DNA of 32,000 nucleotides from Psychrobacter sp. HD31 (GTDB lineage Bacteria; Pseudomonadota; Gammaproteobacteria; Pseudomonadales; Moraxellaceae): NCBI RefSeq assembly GCF_051097895.1, contig NZ_CP142525.1, positions 2,130,001 to 2,162,000 of the forward strand, read 5' to 3'. Shown piece by piece: positions 11,740 to 20,016 of this stretch (position 1 is its first letter; each line of letters starts with the position of its first letter). The notes under the pieces were generated by a model. It saw only the letters and a program-made list of their open reading frames with translations, ran no database searches and was not told where the DNA came from. The position numbers and the translations under genes were made by a program.

Positions 11740-12063
11740 AATGTGTTTCTTTTATTCAGCTATAGAATGATTTGACATAGATTCATTTATATAGGGATAT
11801 CCTTGTTTTTTTTTATTAGTGATGTAAAATCAAATACATGACGTTTGTTGAAAAAACCATGCCTCATTATAAAACTTGCAAACATGAATCGCTGTTCCTA
11901 ATTATGCTCGGATATACTAATAAAATAATATTACAATAAGAAACAATAATTTATATTGATATTTCAATAAATCCCGAGTAGAGTTAAAAGTAGCGTAGTT
12001 GTATTTTCCACTGTTTTATTAAAACTAATAACCGATAATTTTTAATTATTCTAAGGATAAGAT

Positions 12064-15000
12064 ATGAACCACGTATATAAAGTAATATTTAACAAATCAA
12101 CAGGAGCATTCACTGCCGTATCGGAATTTGCTAAAGGACACGTAAAAAGTAGCAAAAAAGTAGCTATTGGAGAAAAGTTTCCTAGTATAAAAATTAAACG
12201 AATGACATTGTCTGCATTAGTATCTTCGGTACTGTTAGCACTTAGCGGACAAGTATCAGCTGCTGCTGGTGGGAGTACAGCTACTCAGCCTGCGGGTGGC
12301 ACGTTACCGACCAACCAAAAACTTGGAGGCTATTGGAATCCAGCAACAAGTACTCCTGGAACAGCAGATGCTGAATGTGGACCAGACGGTAATTTGTCAT
12401 GTTGGTGGACCTGGGGTACAGAGTTTACAGGTGTCGATGCAAATGGAACGCCGATTGTTTCTATGGCAACGTCGGTTGCTGAGGGTGGTGCGGGCGGTGT
12501 TTTAGGAAATGGTGTTAAAACCAGTAATACTATTCTTGCCGGGGTTGCAGAAGGAATAGACGATTACGATGCCGTTAATGTAAAACAGTTAAATGAAGCT
12601 TTGGTTTCAGCCGGTGGTAATACTTACTTTCATGCTAATGATGCCGATGCAACTAACGATGGCGTAACAAACACAACCAACTATGGAAAAACTAATGATG
12701 CTGCTGGTGCACAAGGTAGCAATTCTGTTGCTGCTGGGGTTAATGCACAAGCAACAAATGGTGGTGCAGTTGCAATTGGCTATGAGTCAAGTGCAAAAGG
12801 CGCTAATAGTTTTGCAGTTGGCGAAAATTCAGAAGCAGTGGCTAACAACTCCATTGCTATAGGGGCAGATTCAAAGGCAAATACGACTTACACAACGGCG
12901 ATTGGTCGTGCTACTAATGCGACAGGGTCTGGTGCTACAGCGATTGGTGGTGGCACTGCATCAGGCGCAGGTTTGGCTGCGTCTGCTACGGGTTCAGGCT
13001 CTGTGGCTATAGGTGGTGGCTATACAGGTAATGCAGGGGCAAAAGCGAATGGCAAAGAAGCTATTGCCATCGGCAATGGTTCAGCTACTGATTTTGACGA
13101 AAGTATTGCATTAGGCGCTAACTCAATTGTAACGACAGATAAAAATGTTACAGGCGTTAATCCACTAAATTCGGATATTACCGCTGACCCTGCTGCCGCT
13201 TGGACATCTACAGCAGCAGCAGTATCCGTTGGCGATACATCAAATGCCGATAATACTAATTGGGTTACTCGGCAAATAACTGGCGTTGCAGCAGGTACTG
13301 AAAAGACGGATGCCGTAAACGTTGCCCAGTTAACAGCAGTTGCGAATGCCCCACTAATTTTTACAGGGAACACCAATAACGACACTGCTGACAGCACAAA
13401 CAACTATCAAGCTAATAATGGCACAGAACGTCAACTCAATGAAACACTCAACATCATTGGTTCTAACACATCAGTTACTGGATTGACAGAAGATACCAGC
13501 GAAGAAACCGCAGGGGACACATATTCAAGCAAAAACATCCAAACTGTAGTAACGGATGGACAAGTCCAAATACAAATGTCAACTAACCCTGAATTCAACA
13601 CAGTCAAAGTTGGTGGCACCAACCCAATTGTCATCAGCGACACAGGCATTGACATGGGCAGTGGTAAGAACCGTAAGATAAGCAACCTAGCAGCTGGTAT
13701 AGCCGACAACGATGCAGTTAATGTTAGTCAGCTAAAAGCCAGCAAATGGGACATTGCTGGTAATGACGGAAATGCTGTTGCAGACGGTGTGAATAAAGAT
13801 GACAAAGTCAGCTTTAAAAATGGTAACGCCACAACAAGCAGCGTTACAGGAGGACCTAGTGCCTTTGACGTTAAGTACGATGTCAACGTAGATGACGACA
13901 CCATCAAAATCGTCGACAACAAACTAGAAGTCAACACGGATGCCATTGCTAGTCAAACCGAGCTAACATACAAAGCAAACAATGACAACGGCAGCAAAAA
14001 AACAGTCTCACTAGCAGACGGTTTAGACTTTACCAATGGCACCAACACCACAGCGGAAGTTGGGGACAATGGGGTGGTTAAATTTAACGTGACCACAGAA
14101 GAATTAGCCGTTGCCGATGGCAAAGTTAGCAGCACCACGAGTGATGCACCTGCCAGTGCAAAAAGTATTGCTGATGCTATCAACAACACCGGTTGGAACG
14201 TACAAGCCTCAGCCGATGGTGGCGAGTTAGGCGGAACCAGTAGTAAAGAATTGGTTCAAGCTGGCGAAGACGTTAACCTCAAAGCAGGTAAAAACATCAA
14301 AGTCACCCAAGCAGGACAAAACTTTACCTTTGCGACCAAAGACGACGTTGAATTCAACACAGTCAAAGTTGGTGGCACCAACCCAATTGTCATCAGCGAC
14401 ACAGGCATTGACATGGGCAGTGACCAGAACCGTAAGATAAGCAATCTAGCAGCTGGTACAGCCGACAACGATGCAGTGAATGTTAGTCAATTAACTGCCG
14501 TAGCTGAAGAATTAGATAAAAAGAATTATTTCCATGTAAATAAATCTAATGCAGAGGTTACCTCGTCAGTGAATGACAACCGTGATGATGTGGATGGTGT
14601 AGGTAATGCAACTGGCGCTTATGCATCAGCAGCAGGTTATGCTGCTAAAGCCACTGGTAGACATACAGCTGCTCTGGGCTCTTTTGCTAATGCGACTGCC
14701 ACACGTTCGACAGCAACAGGGGCTTTTTCTAAAGCAACTGAATTAAATGCAACAGCAACAGGTGCGGTTTCTAAGGCAACAAACAAGTTTACAACAGCCA
14801 CTGGTGCTTATTCACATGCAACTGAGGTTCGAGCGACTTCATTAGGTTCTTACGCTAGAGCAACTGGGCGCAATTCAACGGCAACGGGTTATAATGCGAA
14901 AGCAACTGCAATCGGCGCAACGGCAACAGGTATGGCTTCTCAAGCAACCTCCATCAGAGCAACAGCCAACGGTTTTAATGCAAAAGCAACAGACACAAGA

Positions 15001-18000
15001 GCAACCGCAACGGGCTCTTTTGCGAACTCAACAAAAACAAGAGCAACCGCCAATGGTTATTTTTCAGAGGCGACGGGCGTAGGTGCTTCATCAATTGGTG
15101 CACATGCTCAAGCGAGTGGCTCTTATGCAACAGCTTTGGGTGGTGGTTCTAGAAGTTCAAATGCACCGAATGCATCAGGTGACTTTTCTACCGCGATTGG
15201 ATTCAAGTCAAAAGCAACAGATGATAGCTCGTTCGCAGCAGGAACTAACGCTTTAGCTTCTGCTAAACAATCCATCGCTATTGGTGAAGATACACAAGCA
15301 AATGGTGCTCAGTCAATCAGTATCGGTACAGGTAACATTGTTAATGGAAATAATTCAGGTGCTATTGGTGACCCAACAACCATAGATGGTAACAACAGTT
15401 ATTCTTTAGGTAACAACAATAACATAGCACAAGACAATATTTTTGTAGTGGGCAATGAGGTTACCACAACACAAGCAAACAGTGTAGTGCTAGGGAATGA
15501 AAGTACAGACCGTGCAGCAACGGCAGAAACTAATGCAACGATTGGCGATACCACCTATAGCGGATTTGCTGGAGTTGGTAGCGTAGAAAACGGTATTGTA
15601 AGTGTTGGTGCAGCAGGTAAAGAGCGACAAATCATCAATGTTGCAGCAGGTGAAGTTTCTAGTACCTCTACAGATGCGATTAATGGTAGTCAGCTGTATG
15701 CAGTGGCTAATGAGTTAGATAGAGAGACTTATTTCCACGTTAATGGTACAGGTGCAGATGCCAGTTCTGATTCAACAGCAAGTGCCGATAATTTAGCAAA
15801 TGTTGAAGGTATTGGTGGTGCAACGGGCGTTAATGCATTGGCTGCTGGCATTAATGCTAAAGCTTCTGGAGAAAATAGTTCATCTGTTGGTTATAACAAC
15901 ACAGTTGAAAACAAAAATAGCCAAGCCTTTGGTAATGAAAATGTGATTTCTGGTACTTATCCATTTATAGGTGCTACTAAGAATACGGCAGTAGGCTCAA
16001 ATAACAAAACGACCGATAGTACGCTAACTTCAACCTTTGGTGGTGGCAATACCGTTGATCAATCTATTTATGCCTCAACCATTGGTGCTAATAACAAGGT
16101 TACTGAAGGTAAGGCTGTTGGTGTTTATGGTACATTGAATACCATCAAGAAATCGACTGGCATTAGCGTAACAGGTGGTGACAACACCGTTACTGATGCG
16201 ACAAATACATTTGTCTTTGGTGGCAGTAACACAGTTGAAGACTCATCAGGGAATATTGGCATCGTAGGTGCTGGTAATGATGTTGATAGTACAAATACGC
16301 TAAGTATTGTTGGCGATAATAATAAAGTGAGTGGCGTTGGTGCAGATGGGGCTAGCGGTATTCATGGTTCTGATAATACAGTAAATAACGTATCTAATGT
16401 TCGTGTGATTGGTAATAACAACACAGCAACTGCAGATAGCGCACTTATCTTCGGTAATGACAGCACGATAAGTGGAAAAGACTCAGGTGTATTTGGTTCA
16501 AGCAATGAAGTTTCAGGCGAGAACACGTTTGTTGTAGGTAACAATGTTAACGAAGCTACACAAGATAACAACGTTATCTTAGGTAATAACTCAAGTGAAA
16601 AATCAGCCACATCAGCTGATGGCAAAGCAACTCAAGTAACTAATGCCACAATTAATGATGTAACCTACGGTGACTTTGCAGGCACGGCAAGTGCTATTGT
16701 TTCTGTTGGTAAAGAAGGTGCAGAGCGTCAAATTACTAACGTGGCACCAGGAGCGATTACGGCCACATCTACAGATGCGATTAATGGTAGTCAGCTGTAT
16801 GCAGTGGCTAATGAATTAGATAGAGAGACTTATTTCCACGTTAATGGTACAGGTGCAGATGCCAGTGCTGATCCAACAGCAAGTGCCGATAACTTAGCAA
16901 ATGTTGAAGGTATTGGTGGTGCAACGGGCGTTAATGCATTGGCTGCTGGCCTTGATACAATGGCTGCTGGCATATCGGCGGTATCTATCGGTCATAAGGC
17001 TAATGCCAGTGCCGAAGATGTAGTTGCTATTGGGATGAAAGCAGGTAAGGGCACCAGTGGTAATGATCGTTCAGTACTGATTGGTAAAGAAGCAGGTCAA
17101 AACAGCGTTGCTGTTAGTAATAAAAAAGAAAATGTTTATATCGGTTTCAGTGCCGGCGAAGATGCTGAAGGTGGCTGGAATACTATGATTGGTACACAAA
17201 ATGCGGGGGCTGGTGTTAAAGGCAATGGCAATGCGGGTATTGGTCAAGCTACTCTATACCGAGCAGAAGGAAACAACAACTCAGGTTTGGGACCTTATGC
17301 AGGTAATAATAGTAAAGGAAATAACAACACTTATTCAGGTTTTTATTCAGGCTTTAGATCTGATGGAGACTATAACACCTACAGTGGATCACAGGCAGGT
17401 TATAAGGCTACAGGAGATAACAATGTTGCATTAGGTAAGTTGGCTGGTAGAGAAATTACCGCAGATAGAGCAACTGCTTTAGGTGCTTACGCAAAAGCAA
17501 CGGAGGATGCTGGTGTTGCACTAGGTAGTAATTCTGTAGCGGATAGAGTTGCCATTACAAATGGTTCGGCTACTAATGATGTAACGGATGTTAACAGTCA
17601 AGTTTATGCTTTAACAACAGCGACAGCTGATAGTATTACTGCAATTGAAAACACAGCTAAAACAACTTATGCAGCTGTATCAGTCGGTGGTGATAATGGT
17701 AATGGTACGATTTATAATCGACAAATTACAAACGTTGCTGCCGGTGGTGCTGATAATGATGCCGTAAACGTTGCACAATTAAAAGCAGTTGCAAACGCAG
17801 GTTGGGATTTATACCAAACGGATAACACCACAGCTAACTTGAAAGATAATGTAAAAGCTGGCGATAAGGTTATTTTTGCAGATAGCGACACGTTGACAGC
17901 AAGCGTTGAAACAAACGCTGAGAAAAATGAAACAACGATTAAATATAATGCAAAAACAACCGATTTAGTAGTAAATACTAATGGTTCGGTTAATTTCCCA

Positions 18001-18888
18001 GCAACAGCTGATGAAAAGAAACTAGTTAACGCCAAAGAGATTGCTAAAACAATCAATGAATCAGGCTTTACCCTAAAAGCTAACAGTGATGTAGGAGAGC
18101 AAATCAACCCAGGTGATGAAATAGACTTACTAAATGGAGACAACGTTGCCATAGAAAGAAATGGCACAGACATCACCATTAATGCGGAAGACACCACCGT
18201 ATCAGTTGGTGATGGCTTAACCGTCACACCAACACTAACAGATAGCACAGACGGTGATGCTGGCGTAGACGACTACAAAGTAGAACTGAGTCAAGATACG
18301 CAAGACAGCTTAGACAAAGCAGACAGCGCATTACAAGAAATTGTGACTCAAATTGATGGAACCGAAGTTAAAACGCTTGACCAAGACGACAACGTTGCCA
18401 ACTTTAAAACAGGAGACAACATCGTCCTAACGGATGACAGCGGTAGCATCAAAATAGCCACAGCAGACGAAGTAGAGTTTACTAAAGTGACCGTTGGTCC
18501 AGTAGTAACAACGGCTACTGGCATCGACATGGGTAGTCAGAAGATTACGAACCTAGCAGCCGGTACCGCAGGTACAGATGCCGTGAACGTAGACCAACTA
18601 AAACAGTATAGTTCAGCGGCGACAACAGAAGTCGTATCAAATGGCAATACCTCAGTCACCAAAGAAACAGGCTCAAATGGACAGACCATCTACCAAGTAG
18701 CAGCAGAAGACACCACCGTATCAGTTGGTGATGGCTTAACCGTCACACCAACACTAACAGATAGCACAGACGGTGATGCTGGCGTAGACGACTACAAAGT
18801 AGAGCTGAGTCAAGATACGCAAGACAGCTTAGACAAAGCAGACAGCGCATTACAAGAAATTGTGACTCAAATTGATAACCGAAGTTAA
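12064..18888 (+). CDS. TAA N-terminal fragment (signal peptide plus passenger, no anchor)
   Basis: 2274-aa ORF. AAGGA Shine-Dalgarno at 12053-12057. It ends at a TAA created by the frameshift (..QIDNRS*). This is an alternative representation of the pseudogene above. Confidence 0.8.
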   Translation: MNHVYKVIFNKSTGAFTAVSEFAKGHVKSSKKVAIGEKFPSIKIKRMTLSALVSSVLLALSGQVSAAAGGSTATQPAGGTLPTNQKLGGYWNPATSTPGTADAECGPDGNLSCWWTWGTEFTGVDANGTPIVSMATSVAEGGAGGVLGNGVKTSNTILAGVAEGIDDYDAVNVKQLNEALVSAGGNTYFHANDADATNDGVTNTTNYGKTNDAAGAQGSNSVAAGVNAQATNGGAVAIGYESSAKGANSFAVGENSEAVANNSIAIGADSKANTTYTTAIGRATNATGSGATAIGGGTASGAGLAASATGSGSVAIGGGYTGNAGAKANGKEAIAIGNGSATDFDESIALGANSIVTTDKNVTGVNPLNSDITADPAAAWTSTAAAVSVGDTSNADNTNWVTRQITGVAAGTEKTDAVNVAQLTAVANAPLIFTGNTNNDTADSTNNYQANNGTERQLNETLNIIGSNTSVTGLTEDTSEETAGDTYSSKNIQTVVTDGQVQIQMSTNPEFNTVKVGGTNPIVISDTGIDMGSGKNRKISNLAAGIADNDAVNVSQLKASKWDIAGNDGNAVADGVNKDDKVSFKNGNATTSSVTGGPSAFDVKYDVNVDDDTIKIVDNKLEVNTDAIASQTELTYKANNDNGSKKTVSLADGLDFTNGTNTTAEVGDNGVVKFNVTTEELAVADGKVSSTTSDAPASAKSIADAINNTGWNVQASADGGELGGTSSKELVQAGEDVNLKAGKNIKVTQAGQNFTFATKDDVEFNTVKVGGTNPIVISDTGIDMGSDQNRKISNLAAGTADNDAVNVSQLTAVAEELDKKNYFHVNKSNAEVTSSVNDNRDDVDGVGNATGAYASAAGYAAKATGRHTAALGSFANATATRSTATGAFSKATELNATATGAVSKATNKFTTATGAYSHATEVRATSLGSYARATGRNSTATGYNAKATAIGATATGMASQATSIRATANGFNAKATDTRATATGSFANSTKTRATANGYFSEATGVGASSIGAHAQASGSYATALGGGSRSSNAPNASGDFSTAIGFKSKATDDSSFAAGTNALASAKQSIAIGEDTQANGAQSISIGTGNIVNGNNSGAIGDPTTIDGNNSYSLGNNNNIAQDNIFVVGNEVTTTQANSVVLGNESTDRAATAETNATIGDTTYSGFAGVGSVENGIVSVGAAGKERQIINVAAGEVSSTSTDAINGSQLYAVANELDRETYFHVNGTGADASSDSTASADNLANVEGIGGATGVNALAAGINAKASGENSSSVGYNNTVENKNSQAFGNENVISGTYPFIGATKNTAVGSNNKTTDSTLTSTFGGGNTVDQSIYASTIGANNKVTEGKAVGVYGTLNTIKKSTGISVTGGDNTVTDATNTFVFGGSNTVEDSSGNIGIVGAGNDVDSTNTLSIVGDNNKVSGVGADGASGIHGSDNTVNNVSNVRVIGNNNTATADSALIFGNDSTISGKDSGVFGSSNEVSGENTFVVGNNVNEATQDNNVILGNNSSEKSATSADGKATQVTNATINDVTYGDFAGTASAIVSVGKEGAERQITNVAPGAITATSTDAINGSQLYAVANELDRETYFHVNGTGADASADPTASADNLANVEGIGGATGVNALAAGLDTMAAGISAVSIGHKANASAEDVVAIGMKAGKGTSGNDRSVLIGKEAGQNSVAVSNKKENVYIGFSAGEDAEGGWNTMIGTQNAGAGVKGNGNAGIGQATLYRAEGNNNSGLGPYAGNNSKGNNNTYSGFYSGFRSDGDYNTYSGSQAGYKATGDNNVALGKLAGREITADRATALGAYAKATEDAGVALGSNSVADRVAITNGSATNDVTDVNSQVYALTTATADSITAIENTAKTTYAAVSVGGDNGNGTIYNRQITNVAAGGADNDAVNVAQLKAVANAGWDLYQTDNTTANLKDNVKAGDKVIFADSDTLTASVETNAEKNETTIKYNAKTTDLVVNTNGSVNFPATADEKKLVNAKEIAKTINESGFTLKANSDVGEQINPGDEIDLLNGDNVAIERNGTDITINAEDTTVSVGDGLTVTPTLTDSTDGDAGVDDYKVELSQDTQDSLDKADSALQEIVTQIDGTEVKTLDQDDNVANFKTGDNIVLTDDSGSIKIATADEVEFTKVTVGPVVTTATGIDMGSQKITNLAAGTAGTDAVNVDQLKQYSSAATTEVVSNGNTSVTKETGSNGQTIYQVAAEDTTVSVGDGLTVTPTLTDSTDGDAGVDDYKVELSQDTQDSLDKADSALQEIVTQIDNRS
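13591..13735 (+). repeat. Intragenic dispersed repeat, copy 1 (connector/neck module EFNTVKVGGTNPIVISDTGIDMGS..NRKISNLAAG..DNDAVNVSQL)
   Basis: ~145 bp, about 94% identical by hand alignment to 14350-14494. The first ~72 nt are identical. Confidence 0.85.
14350..14494 (+). repeat. Intragenic dispersed repeat, copy 2 (pairs with 13591-13735)
   Basis: Same module 759 bp downstream, in frame. Confidence 0.85.
15667..15849 (+). repeat. Intragenic dispersed repeat, copy 1 (STDAINGSQLYAVANELDRETYFHVNGTGADAS...NLANVEGIGGATGVNALAAG)
   Basis: 183 bp with only 4 differences from 16768-16950 by hand alignment. Confidence 0.9.
16768..16950 (+). repeat. Intragenic dispersed repeat, copy 2 (pairs with 15667-15849)
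   Basis: Same module 1101 bp downstream, in frame. Confidence 0.9.
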
Positions 18889-20016
18889 AACGCTTGACCA
18901 AGACGACAACGTTGCCAACTTTAAAACAGGAGACAACATCGTCCTAACGGATGACAGCGGTAGCATCAAAATAGCCACAGCAGACGAAGTAGAGTTTACT
19001 AAAGTGACCGTTGGTCCAGTAGTAACAACGGCTACTGGCATCGACATGGGTAGTCAGAAGATTACGAACCTAGCAGCCGGTACCGCAGGTACAGATGCCG
19101 TGAACGTAGACCAACTAAAACAGTATAGTTCAGCGGCGACAACAGAAGTCGTATCAAATGGCAATACCTCAGTCACCAAAGAAACAGGCTCAAATGGACA
19201 GACCATCTACCAAGTAGCAGCAGAAGACACCACCGTATCAGTTGGTGATGGCTTAACCGTCACACCAACACTAACAGATAGCACAGACGGTGATGCTGGC
19301 GTAGACGACTACAAAGTAGAACTGAGTCAAGATACGCAAGACAGCTTAGACAAAGCAGACAGCGCATTACAAGAAATTGTGACTCAAATTGATGGAACCG
19401 AAGTTAAAACGCTTGACCAAGACGACAACGTTGCCAACTTTAAAACAGGAGACAACATCGTCCTAACGGATGACAGCGGTAGCATCAAAATAGCCACAGC
19501 AGACGAAGTAGAGTTTACTAAAGTGACCGTTGGTCCAGTAGTAACAACGGCTACTGGCATCGACATGGGTAGTCAGAAGATTACGAACCTAGCAGCCGGT
19601 ACCGCAGGTACAGATGCCGTGAACGTAGACCAACTAAAACAGTATAGTTCAGCGGCGACAACAGAAGTCGTATCAAATGGCAATACCTCAGTCACCAAAG
19701 AAACAGGCTCAAATGGACAGACCATCTACCAAGTAGCAGCAGAAGACACCACCGTATCAGTTGGTGATGGCTTAACCGTCACACCAACACTAACAGATAG
19801 CACAGACGGTGATGCTGGCGTAGACGACTACAAAGTAGAGCTGAGTCAAGACACGCAAGACAGCTTAGACAAAGCAGACAGCGCATTACAAGAAATTGTG
19901 ACTCAAATTGATGGAACCGAAGTTAAAATGCTTGACCAAGACGACAACGTTGCCAACTTTAAAACAGGAGACAACATCGTCCTAACGGATGACAGCGGTA
20001 GCATCAAAATAGCCAC
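18187..20016 (+). repeat. Tandem array, ~3.5 copies of a 519-bp (173-aa) in-frame unit within the TAA stalk
   Basis: The unit start gaagacaccaccgtatcagttggt recurs at 18187, 18706, 19223 and 19742, giving periods of 519, 517 and 519. Across the array I see only three substitution sites (18285/18804/19321/19840 = A/G/A/G; 19852 C versus T; 19929 T versus C) plus the 2-nt deletion in copy 2. Confidence 0.95.

Noticed and set aside
18187-20016. Possibility that the regularly spaced repeats are a CRISPR array or a mobile-element repeat.
   Set aside because: The units are 519 bp, directly abutting without spacers, and in frame. They encode TAA stalk and neck modules, so this is an intragenic tandem duplication.
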